From Pseudoalteromonas tetraodonis (GTDB taxonomy: Bacteria > Pseudomonadota > Gammaproteobacteria > Enterobacterales > Alteromonadaceae), in NCBI RefSeq assembly GCF_002310835.1, contig NZ_CP011041.1:540001-572000 (forward strand): a stretch of 32,000 nt of DNA. Reading direction: 5' to 3'. Within the stretch, counting starts at the first letter, position 1, and each line of letters begins with the position of its first letter. The notes below the pieces were generated by a model that did no database searches, was not told where the DNA came from, and was given only the letters and a program-made list of their open reading frames with translations. Below, piece by piece: positions 1 to 7,802 of this stretch. The position numbers were made by a program, and so were the translations under genes.

Positions 1-467
1 AATATCTCTTTTGCAGGTTTAGCAATGCCGACTTGCTCAGAAATAACCAACCAGTCAAACATATCTTGCAGCCCTGTATGCGCTAGGCGACGTGCTTGTA
101 ACTGAGAAAAACCATTGGTAATAATGCCCAGCTTGGCATGGGGTTTAAGGGCATTTAATAATTCAACGGCGCCGGGTAAAGGCATACAAATTTCGGCCAT
201 AGCTGATAAAAAATCATCATTGAGCTGTTGAGCTGGCACATCTAGTTTATTTGCCAGTTCGCTAAAACGAGTTACTTGTAAGTGACTTGAGGTGATCTCG
301 TTGTTTTGATAAGCAATCCATAATGACTTATTGGTGTTTTGATAATGGGCATAATCTGCCTCGGTAAAATCCATGTCATAGGTTGCTAGCATGTTTTTAA
401 GGCCAGCAAAGGCATTAAAGCTAAATAAGGTTTCGTCGGCATCAAATAATACGTAGTTATACTTCAT
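1..467 (-). CDS. yjjG: HAD-superfamily pyrimidine 5'-nucleotidase, YjjG-like (3' end runs off the window)
   Basis: Absent from the ORF track because no stop lies in the window. Reverse translation from ATG at 467-465 gives MKYNYVLFDADETLFSF...LPGAVELLNAL...IITNGFSQLQ...VISEQVGIAKPAKEI. It has HAD motif I (DxDxT) and resembles E. coli YjjG as I recall it along the whole length. It lies 11 nt downstream of yjjX on the same strand. Confidence 0.8.
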   Translation of the reverse strand, partial: MKYNYVLFDADETLFSFNAFAGLKNMLATYDMDFTEADYAHYQNTNKSLWIAYQNNEITSSHLQVTRFSELANKLDVPAQQLNDDFLSAMAEICMPLPGAVELLNALKPHAKLGIITNGFSQLQARRLAHTGLQDMFDWLVISEQVGIAKPAKEI

Positions 468-478
468 TAAAACATCCG

Positions 479-1018
479 TTATTGATTATATAGAGTGGGA
501 TTAAGAAAAGGCGCCATGGCGAGTGTCAGCGCTTGAGTATAGGTACTTTCTCGTGTTGCATGATGATCAGTTAACAAGCCAATAGCACCCCCTTGCTGTT
601 TAATATTGGTGGTATTAAAGGCTTTATCCATCACGTCACCAAGCTCTTCACCTTGAAGCAATGCTTTATAAAACACAGTGGGCAGGGGTAAGTTACTGCT
701 TCGGCCTGTAACTTGCTGTGCGCCATTATCAATAACTACATAGGCAAAGGTTGCCGCACCATAGCTAAATTGCGCTGCACCACCTTCCATCGCCACATAG
801 TAGTCTGCCTGATAGTGGTTTTTACAGCAATTAACGCGATTTTGTGCCCCTAAGCAGGTTTGCTCTTCACCTAAGGGTTGATCGGGTACCTCTGAGGGCG
901 CGTGAACACCACTACATTCGATTACACGCTCAGGAAAATACATCGCAAAAATATGTTTAGCGGCATTGATTTTTACTGGGTTTTTAGACCCAACAATAAT
1001 TTTAATTGATTGCGACAT
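479..1018 (-). CDS. yjjX: inosine/xanthosine triphosphatase (non-canonical NTPase, DUF84/YjjX family)
   Basis: 179-aa ORF. IIVGSKNPVKINAA at the N-terminus, PDQPLGEEQTCLGAQNRV, GAIGLLT and a C-terminal APF match the YjjX family pattern. Confidence 0.8.
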   Translation of the reverse strand: MSQSIKIIVGSKNPVKINAAKHIFAMYFPERVIECSGVHAPSEVPDQPLGEEQTCLGAQNRVNCCKNHYQADYYVAMEGGAAQFSYGAATFAYVVIDNGAQQVTGRSSNLPLPTVFYKALLQGEELGDVMDKAFNTTNIKQQGGAIGLLTDHHATRESTYTQALTLAMAPFLNPTLYNQ

Positions 1019-1078
1019 ATTAAACTCGTCATACTTAAAATCAGCAGTGTACGTGAGTTAGGGTTCACAAAAAAGAGT

Positions 1079-1978
1079 CTAAATAGGAATTTCAGGCGGG
1101 GCTAACTTTGCTAAGGCGCGTTTTTTCAAAATAATATCTTTTATTAGAGGCGTGAGCACCAGTTCCATCGCGAGACCCATTTTACCACCAGGCACCACTA
1201 AGGTGTTTATACGCGACATAAAACTGCCTTCAATCATCCGCAAATAATACGGAAAATCAACATCATCAATCCCCCTAAAGCGAATCACAACAAAGCTTTC
1301 ATCAAGGGAGGGGATATCTTTAGCGCTAAATGGGTTGGAAGTATCAACGGTGGGGACTCGCTGAAAGTTAATATGGGTACGAGAAAATTGCGGCGTTATA
1401 TGATTAATGTAGTCATCCATACTGCGCACAATAGAGTCCATGACTTTTTCACGAGAGTGGCCGCGTTCTGAGGTGTCGCGAATGAGCTTTTGGATCCATT
1501 CAAGGTTAATAATAGGCACCATGCCTATGAGTAAATCAACATGTTTAGCAACATCATGATCTTCATCAACTACACCGCCATGTAGACCCTCGTAAAACAT
1601 CAGATCTGTATTTTGCTCAAGTTCTTGCCATGGGGTAAATGTCCCAGGTAACTGGTTATAAGGCACGGCTTCATCAAAGGTGTGTAAATAACGACGAAGT
1701 TTTCCTTCGCCTGTTTCACCGTATTTAGTAAATAAGTCTTCTAAGGCGCCAAAGTCGTTAGCTTCTCGGCCAAAATAGCTAATGTGTTTACTTTCTTGCT
1801 GTGCTTCACGAATTTTTTTGTCCATTTCAGGACGTGTATAACGATGAAAGCTATCACCTTCGATAAATGCCGCATTGATATCAAGGCTACGGAAAATATG
1901 CTTCACGGCGTTAGTGGTGGTCGTTGTGCCCGCTCCAGATGAACCGGTGATTGCAATAATAGGGTGTTTAGCTGACAT
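1079..1978 (-). CDS. prkB: phosphoribulokinase / uridine-kinase-family P-loop kinase (PrkB-like)
   Basis: 299-aa ORF with the P-loop IAITGSSGAGTTTT at the N-terminus and length and overall pattern typical of bacterial PrkB homologs. Confidence 0.75.
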   Translation of the reverse strand: MSAKHPIIAITGSSGAGTTTTTNAVKHIFRSLDINAAFIEGDSFHRYTRPEMDKKIREAQQESKHISYFGREANDFGALEDLFTKYGETGEGKLRRYLHTFDEAVPYNQLPGTFTPWQELEQNTDLMFYEGLHGGVVDEDHDVAKHVDLLIGMVPIINLEWIQKLIRDTSERGHSREKVMDSIVRSMDDYINHITPQFSRTHINFQRVPTVDTSNPFSAKDIPSLDESFVVIRFRGIDDVDFPYYLRMIEGSFMSRINTLVVPGGKMGLAMELVLTPLIKDIILKKRALAKLAPPEIPI

Positions 1979-2093
1979 GTTTGTTCTCTTTTTTATGACC
2001 CGTTAGTTATAAAGAGTTGACTGACTTAGGTCAAGTGACGTCATTAGTAAATAACGTTATCATGAGGTGCTTAAAATTAAAACGAGAGAAAGC

Positions 2094-2963
2094 ATGAAAC
2101 TGATTAAACCATTGTTAGGGCTTATAGCTATAAATGCTTTAACGCTAGATATTGCTCAGGCAAGTATGCCTAAAAGCCAAATTTTGCTCGCCGATTTAAA
2201 TACTCCGCATGGTATACGTGTAAGCATTGTTAGTGATAAAACGAGCTATAACAATCAACCCCATTTAACCGACACCGGCCTATACTATACCCGAGAAATA
2301 ATCAGTAATGACCAGAGTCAAACAGATATTGCGCTTTACAGCTTATCATCAAAACAAACGTCTATGGTCACTAATACGCCACAAAGTGAATACTCGCCCA
2401 CTTTAACACCGGATGGGCAGCACTTATCGGCGATTGTCGTTGAAGACGATGGTAAACAAAAGCTATGGCAATATCCGTTGGCACCCGAGTTGGCTGCAAG
2501 TCGTATTTTTGATTGGATTGAACCTGTAGGCTATCACGCTTGGGGAAGTAACAACGATTTAGTGATGTTTATTTTAGGCGAACCACACACTTTGCAATAT
2601 ACCTCGGTTGCTGCGGCAAAAGGTGAGGTGGTAGCAAGCGATATTGGTCGCACGCTTATTTATAATAAAGCGCAGGCTGAGTTTTTATTTAGCCATAGTA
2701 AACACGGGCAGCATCACTTAGCGCGTTTTGATCCACAAACTAAGCAAGTTACCGATATACTTAGACTGCCAAACCAAGTACAAGACTTCATCTTAAAAGA
2801 TGAAAATACCATTGCTTACGCAATTAAAAACCGTGTTTACCAGCGTAAATTAACACGCGGCTCTGCTATATCGCAGTGGCTTGATTTAAGCCAATATTGC
2901 GATACTGAAATAAGCCGGTTGAGTTATAAAAATCAGCAATTAGCGTTTGTGTGTAGTGAATAA
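2094..2963 (+). CDS. periplasmic protein with TolB-like (PD40 beta-propeller) repeat signature, function unknown
   Basis: The ORF track starts at GTG 2067. The in-frame ATG at 2094 gives a clean Sec signal peptide, MKLIKPLLGLIAINALTLDIAQA/S. The motif SEYSPTLTPDGQHLSAIVV resembles PD40/TolB propeller repeats. Confidence 0.55.
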   Translation: MKLIKPLLGLIAINALTLDIAQASMPKSQILLADLNTPHGIRVSIVSDKTSYNNQPHLTDTGLYYTREIISNDQSQTDIALYSLSSKQTSMVTNTPQSEYSPTLTPDGQHLSAIVVEDDGKQKLWQYPLAPELAASRIFDWIEPVGYHAWGSNNDLVMFILGEPHTLQYTSVAAAKGEVVASDIGRTLIYNKAQAEFLFSHSKHGQHHLARFDPQTKQVTDILRLPNQVQDFILKDENTIAYAIKNRVYQRKLTRGSAISQWLDLSQYCDTEISRLSYKNQQLAFVCSE

Positions 2964-3001
2964 ATAAATTTCGGACTTTCACTCATGCATGAGTTAGTCT
3001 A

Positions 3002-3312
3002 GGGTCTGTTGACCTTTGCGGATTACAATTTGTTCAAACTAGGGGCGGTTTAATCGCGGCGCGAGGTTTGTAACCTAGTGGGCTAAGTCAAAACTGAGCA
3101 AAGCTTCCGCGTCCTGCTCACGCCCCTTACCTACATCCATGTAGGCAACAAAGAGTAAATCGCCCCTAGGCAGAACCCGAAGGGCAGTGCCTGTTTGGCA
3201 TTGATGCTGCGTTATCGCCTATTTATGGGGAATAACCACATCACATATGCTTTACCTTGGCTAAATACCAAACAGACTGCTGCAAATTTAACTTTGAAAG
3301 GTCAACAGATCC
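3002..3312. mobile_element. 311-bp MITE-like element, copy A (terminal inverted repeats, TA target-site duplication)
   Basis: Begins GGGTCTGTTGACCTTT and ends AAAGGTCAACAGATCC. The inverted repeats continue imperfectly for about 30 bp. TA flanks both ends (3000-3001 and 3313-3314). It has no ORF. A near-identical copy lies at 8122-8432 at constant offset 5120, with about 24 substitutions and no indels by manual alignment. Confidence 0.75.
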
Positions 3313-3343
3313 TAACCCCCTATTAAATAAAAAGGAAAGTCAC

Positions 3344-3709
3344 GTGGCATTTAGTGCAGACGAGTTAACCGAGCAGCTGATCAAACTAGAGTGTAGAAGT
3401 AACTTTAAAATAAAAAACATAGCTGAGTATATGCTAGTAAACTCTAAAGAGGCGTTTTATACCCATGCTGAAGCAGGTAAAGGTAAAATTGTGATCCGCC
3501 CGGCATTTGAAGTGTTTAGCGATGACTTTACTGATATTGATGGGGTTGTGCGTACTCAAGGCTATTTTCATAGCAGTGAAATGACCCGTTTTCCTACCCG
3601 TATTTATAAAAGTACGCAGCCTATTCATTATGGTGTCGCTTTTAAAATTAACTCTGAACAAGCGGCAAAAGAGTTTATAGCTAAGCTAACGATGATTATT
3701 GGCGGTTAA
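3344..3709 (+). CDS. hypothetical protein (about 121 aa from GTG 3344)
   Basis: The ORF track lists 3257..3709, but its TTG start and first 19 codons lie inside MITE copy A. An in-frame GTG at 3344 is preceded by AAAGGAAAG (3331-3339) at good spacing. I recognise no family motif. Confidence 0.45.
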   Translation: MAFSADELTEQLIKLECRSNFKIKNIAEYMLVNSKEAFYTHAEAGKGKIVIRPAFEVFSDDFTDIDGVVRTQGYFHSSEMTRFPTRIYKSTQPIHYGVAFKINSEQAAKEFIAKLTMIIGG

Positions 3710-3753
3710 TAGAGTGGTGCAGGGCTAAAGGCAAAAGGTGCAAGATAAAATCT

Positions 3754-3795
3754 TTAACCCTTAACCCTTAACCCTTAACCCTTAACCCTTAACCT
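3754..3795. repeat. tandem heptamer array (TTAACCC)x5 plus one variant unit TTAACCT
   Basis: Read directly: five perfect TTAACCC units at 3754-3788, then TTAACCT at 3789-3795. The array lies in the convergent intergenic region between ORF 3344..3709 and the aminopeptidase gene. Confidence 0.95.
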
Positions 3796-3982
3796 ATGTC
3801 TTTAATTACTACCTCTAAAAGCGCAGCGCCTCTTAACCTCTTTGTGAATAAATTTTTTAAGATCTTATTACACAAAGAGAAGACAATGAGAAGTAAATGA
3901 GAAAACATCAGCCATTAGCCCGAGTTTGAGGTTTTCGGCCCGTTACTCGTCGCCCGCAGCCCGCCATCCTTTAAACTTTAAC

Positions 3983-6556
3983 TTATTTGCTATTTAAAAA
4001 GCTATTGACTGATTTCAGTTCACGGTTTTTAAGTGCAATACAGTCATTGGTACTCTCTGCAAGTTTACTTAATGTACGCGCATAACCGGGTACAGCTTCC
4101 AGTTTAGCGTCAAAGAAACTTTGCGTTGTAGCTAAACTGTCAGCGTCACAGCTGGCGGTAGTAAAGTAAGGTAAGTTTGGCACAAAAAATGGTGGCAAGC
4201 TTGCTGTTACTTTATCGTAGTTGTTATAAATCCAATCAATAAACAGTGCTTGGCGTTCATCGGTGTAACTTTGACCCGATAAAATAGTACGCATATCAGA
4301 AGCCGTTACTTCGTCTGTTAAGCTATACGCCAGTACCGCTTTTTGTAGTTCAGGTTTACCAAAGTAACCCATTGCTGCCAGCATATTGGTACGCACTTGT
4401 GGATCTTTGGTGGTTTTAAAGGTTGTCATAAACTGATCTAGCAACGCCTTATCCCCATGAAAAGCCGCAAGACGTAAATAAGTACCTGCTAAATAAGGAT
4501 CTACCTTTTGTGGATCGTTTAAGTAAGCTTGTGTTTGCTGTTTGGCTTTATTGATCACATTTTTATCTTCACCATCAAACCCTAAGCGTGATACCACCGC
4601 GGCACGAAGTTGAGCTACTGCGCCATCTTCGCCCATTTTTGCTTCTAGGCCATATTTTTTAGCGGCAGGCATCACCGCATTTTGAATAAACGTAGGCCAT
4701 AAATCTTTATTGCTATCGTCTTTAAAAGTACGCTGCTGTGACGCTAAATAACCTAAAGCAGTATTAGCAACACGCGGATGACTATCGCTGGCAAATACTT
4801 CAAGCGTTTGCATTAATTTAGCCGCTGAAATGACACCGGCATCAAGTAGGGCATCTGTTGCCGATAATAGGGCTAAGCGTTCACGGTCGTTTAATACCCT
4901 AGCTGCATTATCTATTAACGCATTAAATTGCGCATCATCCATTACCCAACGGTAATAACCTAGCGCGCCTTGATCTGGATAAATCCACTCTGGTTCAAAG
5001 TCTAATGCTAGCGTTTGGCTTTGTTTATTTAATAATACATTGGCTGTTTGTACTTTATCGCCAGCACCATATTTAATCGCAACCGGTACATTCCACAGTT
5101 GAGCAGGGGCTTCAACACCGGCATTGGCAAAACGACTTTGCGAAATCGTAATGCTTTTACCTTGCTGCTTAACGTTAATTAGCGGGAATGACGACTGTTC
5201 AATAAACGATTTTAAAACGCTCGCTACATCTTTATTTGAAGCCTTACCAAGTGCTTCCCATAAATCGGCAGCTTCTGCATTTTTATAGGAGAATTCTTTT
5301 AAGTAGTTCTGAATACCAGCTTGAAATGCCTCTTCGCCAATCCAGTTTTCAACCATCGCCAGTACTGAGCTGCCTTTGCTGTAGGCAAGGCCTAAACCGT
5401 CCATAATATCGGCTTCGGTTTTAATTGGTTTACGAATTGGCTTAGTGCTTAAACGTGCATCTAACGCCATTACGTTGTTTTGTGGTAAATCTAGGTGTGA
5501 TTCAAACTCAGGATTAAGCTGCTTAGTAATTTTTGCCGCCATCCAGCTTGCAAACGCCTCGTTTAACCATAAGTCGTTCCACCACTTCATAGTCACTAAG
5601 TTACCGTACCATTGGTGAGCTAATTCATGGGCAATAATAGAGACATTACGTTGTTTTTTACTACGCGTTGCAGCTTCTAAATCAACCAGAAGAATATCTT
5701 CGCGGTAAGTCACTAAGCCTGAGTTTTCCATAGCGCCAAACGGAAACTCTGGAACAGCCACTGAATCTAGCTTTTTATATACATAAGGAATACCAAAGTA
5801 CTCTTCAAGTGCGCCCAGTACTTTAGGCATGTTCTCTTTTGCATATTGCGCTAAATGAATTTTACCTTGTGGGGTGATCACACGCCCAGGAATAGGCATG
5901 CCTTTAATTTCTAGCTCTTCAAATGGACCTACAGCCATAGCCACTAAGTAAGATGGAATTGGTGGCGTTTTATCAAAGTAATGGGTGGTCATATCGCCAT
6001 TCACCGTCGTTTTTAGCTCAGGTGTATTTGAATACACTTTTTGTGAGGTGGGGGCGGTAATGGTTAACTGAAACGGAATTTTATAGCTTGGTTCGTCAAA
6101 CACCGGAAATGCACGGCGCGCATCACTCATTTCAAATTGCGTGAACAAGTACGGAACGCCTTGATCTAGGGTTTTATATAACCCCACACTCTGGCGGTTA
6201 TAAGGCGCTGAAAAATCTATTTTTAAGGTGTATTTACCTGGCTGAATTTGCTCTTCACAGCTAAATTTAACTTTACCTGTTTTAAGCATTTCGCTGTTTA
6301 AATCACAGTTTTGCTCACCTAGGAGTTGCACCATTTTAGTTGCATAATCAACACCATTGAGCTCAATGTAGTGTGTTGGTTTGAGCACTTCTAAGCTGAT
6401 CTCGGTCATTCCTGCAAAGGTATCCTGACTTGGGTCGAGCGTTAAAGCGACTTTTTGTGAACTTGGCTTTGCGAGTTTTTCAATGACGAATTCGTTAGCG
6501 TGAGCAGCATTCATCGCAAGCGCAACGCTCACGGTTAAGAGGCTTTTTAAAAACAT
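3983..6556 (-). CDS. secreted M1-family zinc aminopeptidase (aminopeptidase N-like)
   Basis: 857 aa. N-terminal signal peptide MFLKSLLTVSVALAMNAAHA. GAMEN exopeptidase motif and HELAHQW...WLNEAF, which is the HEXXH-18-E zinc site. Confidence 0.9.
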   Translation of the reverse strand: MFLKSLLTVSVALAMNAAHANEFVIEKLAKPSSQKVALTLDPSQDTFAGMTEISLEVLKPTHYIELNGVDYATKMVQLLGEQNCDLNSEMLKTGKVKFSCEEQIQPGKYTLKIDFSAPYNRQSVGLYKTLDQGVPYLFTQFEMSDARRAFPVFDEPSYKIPFQLTITAPTSQKVYSNTPELKTTVNGDMTTHYFDKTPPIPSYLVAMAVGPFEELEIKGMPIPGRVITPQGKIHLAQYAKENMPKVLGALEEYFGIPYVYKKLDSVAVPEFPFGAMENSGLVTYREDILLVDLEAATRSKKQRNVSIIAHELAHQWYGNLVTMKWWNDLWLNEAFASWMAAKITKQLNPEFESHLDLPQNNVMALDARLSTKPIRKPIKTEADIMDGLGLAYSKGSSVLAMVENWIGEEAFQAGIQNYLKEFSYKNAEAADLWEALGKASNKDVASVLKSFIEQSSFPLINVKQQGKSITISQSRFANAGVEAPAQLWNVPVAIKYGAGDKVQTANVLLNKQSQTLALDFEPEWIYPDQGALGYYRWVMDDAQFNALIDNAARVLNDRERLALLSATDALLDAGVISAAKLMQTLEVFASDSHPRVANTALGYLASQQRTFKDDSNKDLWPTFIQNAVMPAAKKYGLEAKMGEDGAVAQLRAAVVSRLGFDGEDKNVINKAKQQTQAYLNDPQKVDPYLAGTYLRLAAFHGDKALLDQFMTTFKTTKDPQVRTNMLAAMGYFGKPELQKAVLAYSLTDEVTASDMRTILSGQSYTDERQALFIDWIYNNYDKVTASLPPFFVPNLPYFTTASCDADSLATTQSFFDAKLEAVPGYARTLSKLAESTNDCIALKNRELKSVNSFLNSK

Positions 6557-6670
6557 AGTTATCCCTAGATTTTTTGTTGTTAGAAACAGTCATATAGACG
6601 GCACTTCATCCTAACAGCTTTTTTTACTAGAGTAAGCGCAGATCGCTAAGGAAAAGAGTAACAAAGTTTG

Positions 6671-7390
6671 TCAGTGGCTATCTCGGGCTAAAAACCGCTG
6701 CCAATGAATATGGGAATTGATAACCCGGATCTGTTGTAGTACCTTATTTAACAAGGCTATATCGTTAAAGTTATCATGAGGGTAATCATTAAAGCCCATT
6801 AAATAATTAAAGCAGTCTTTGTTGCCTGCTTGCAGGGCATAAATACGAATTTGCTGTTCAAAGTTAAGCCGTAAGCTACTAATGGCGGTTTTCATACCGA
6901 GTTGATCCACCGAAGGAATTGCACATTTTTGCAAATACCCCGCGCGTTCACCTTCTCCCGAAAACCATATGCGCACTTTTTCGCTATAGCGCCCTGTTTT
7001 AGCAGGAAGATCGAACATTAAACGGGAGTGATTTTGTGCTTTTACATAAGCTAAATAGTCATTAAACCCAGCGCTAATAAGGGCGTGATGAACAGGCACT
7101 AAACGTGGCTTAATTTTACCGTGGGTATGAAAACTAAAACAGAGAATATTATTTTTAAGTATTAGGTCATCAAGGGTTAAGCAGCCAATTTCATCACTGT
7201 AAGCGCCACTGTAATAAGCAATTAAGGGCAGCCAAAAATGCCAGTGTTTAGCTTGTTCGCGGGCAAGCCGTGTATCACTATAAATATATCCGTTATAGAG
7301 CGTATGCAGCTCCATAGCTGAAAATGGACGACGACCAAGATGGGTTTTCAACGTATTACCTTGACAGTTTTTATTATTTTTATACCCCAA
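6671..7390 (-). CDS. tyrosine-recombinase (phage integrase) catalytic-domain-like protein, N-terminally truncated with substituted active-site residues; possible remnant
   Basis: WLPLIAYYSGAYSDEIGCLTLDDL, PRLVPVHHALISAGFNDYL, RLMFDL, ISSLRLNFEQQI and LMGFNDY parallel the conserved blocks of the integrase C-terminal domain (GARxxE, R.VPIH, HSxRHT, GH). The first Arg, both His positions and the GH His are replaced. The tracked start is a TTG buried in a 10-bp hairpin (7386-7412). No N-terminal DNA-binding domain is present. Confidence 0.45.
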   Translation of the reverse strand: MGYKNNKNCQGNTLKTHLGRRPFSAMELHTLYNGYIYSDTRLAREQAKHWHFWLPLIAYYSGAYSDEIGCLTLDDLILKNNILCFSFHTHGKIKPRLVPVHHALISAGFNDYLAYVKAQNHSRLMFDLPAKTGRYSEKVRIWFSGEGERAGYLQKCAIPSVDQLGMKTAISSLRLNFEQQIRIYALQAGNKDCFNYLMGFNDYPHDNFNDIALLNKVLQQIRVINSHIHWQRFLARDSH

Positions 7391-7440
7391 CTAACCGTTG
7401 CTGTTAGTTGGGATAATGTCAGCGAACTAACGCCTAAAAC

Positions 7441-7791
7441 TTATTCGCTTAGCGCGCGAGCTAAACCAACTGGTTCAATTTCTACACACACCTGATCGTC
7501 ATTCCAATTTAAACCCACTAATGCATCATCAGATTTTAGGTCTTCAACCCAATCATCTAAAAACTCATCAAGGTTTATTTCTACAGGGCTGTAGTCTTGC
7601 CACTCTTCTTTACATTGTGCTTGTGCTGCGTCTTGTGATTCCCACAGTAAAAGTACATCGGTGTCGTCAAACTGATTTGACTCACATACAACAAAGCCAC
7701 CATCATCGGCACCCAGTGCCCAGATCTGCTCACTAACACGTACTTTTTCTACAAAGCTAACTAGTTGTGATTCAATTTCGATATCGCTCAT
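7441..7791 (-). CDS. small acidic cytoplasmic protein of unknown function (possibly DUF2750-like)
   Basis: 116-aa ORF, very Asp/Glu-rich. It starts 11 nt downstream of the GST stop on the same strand. The DUF2750 assignment is a weak recollection only. Confidence 0.5.
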   Translation of the reverse strand: MSDIEIESQLVSFVEKVRVSEQIWALGADDGGFVVCESNQFDDTDVLLLWESQDAAQAQCKEEWQDYSPVEINLDEFLDDWVEDLKSDDALVGLNWNDDQVCVEIEPVGLARALSE

Positions 7792-7802
7792 GTATCCACC
7801 TT

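Noticed and set aside
1079-1978. Phosphoribulokinase as evidence for a Calvin-cycle or autotrophy island
   Set aside because: No RuBisCO or other CBB genes are nearby. Orphan prkB homologs are common in heterotrophic gammaproteobacteria, including E. coli.
3002-3312. The 311-bp element as a group I intron (it interrupts a protein gene) or a housekeeping RNA such as RNase P RNA, tmRNA, 6S or SRP RNA
   Set aside because: It has terminal inverted repeats and a TA duplication. One copy is intergenic, and the copy in the GST gene is antisense to that gene. I see none of the conserved cores of those RNAs as I remember them. I cannot formally exclude a novel RNA without a covariance search.
3257-3343. 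TTG-initiated 5' extension of ORF 3257..3709 given in the ORF track
   Set aside because: The first 19 codons lie inside MITE copy A, and their sequence recurs in copy B in a non-coding context. An RBS-preceded in-frame GTG at 3344 lies just outside the element.
3754-3795. The heptamer array as a CRISPR-like or protein-coding repeat
   Set aside because: The units are 7 bp with no spacers and lie outside any convincing ORF. It is a simple microsatellite.
3796-3900. 34-codon ORF (MSLITTSKSAAPLNLFVNKFFKILLHKEKTMRSK) immediately after the heptamer array
   Set aside because: It has no Shine-Dalgarno sequence, is very short, and overlaps an imperfect 14-bp hairpin (3838-3879). I cannot support it from sequence alone.
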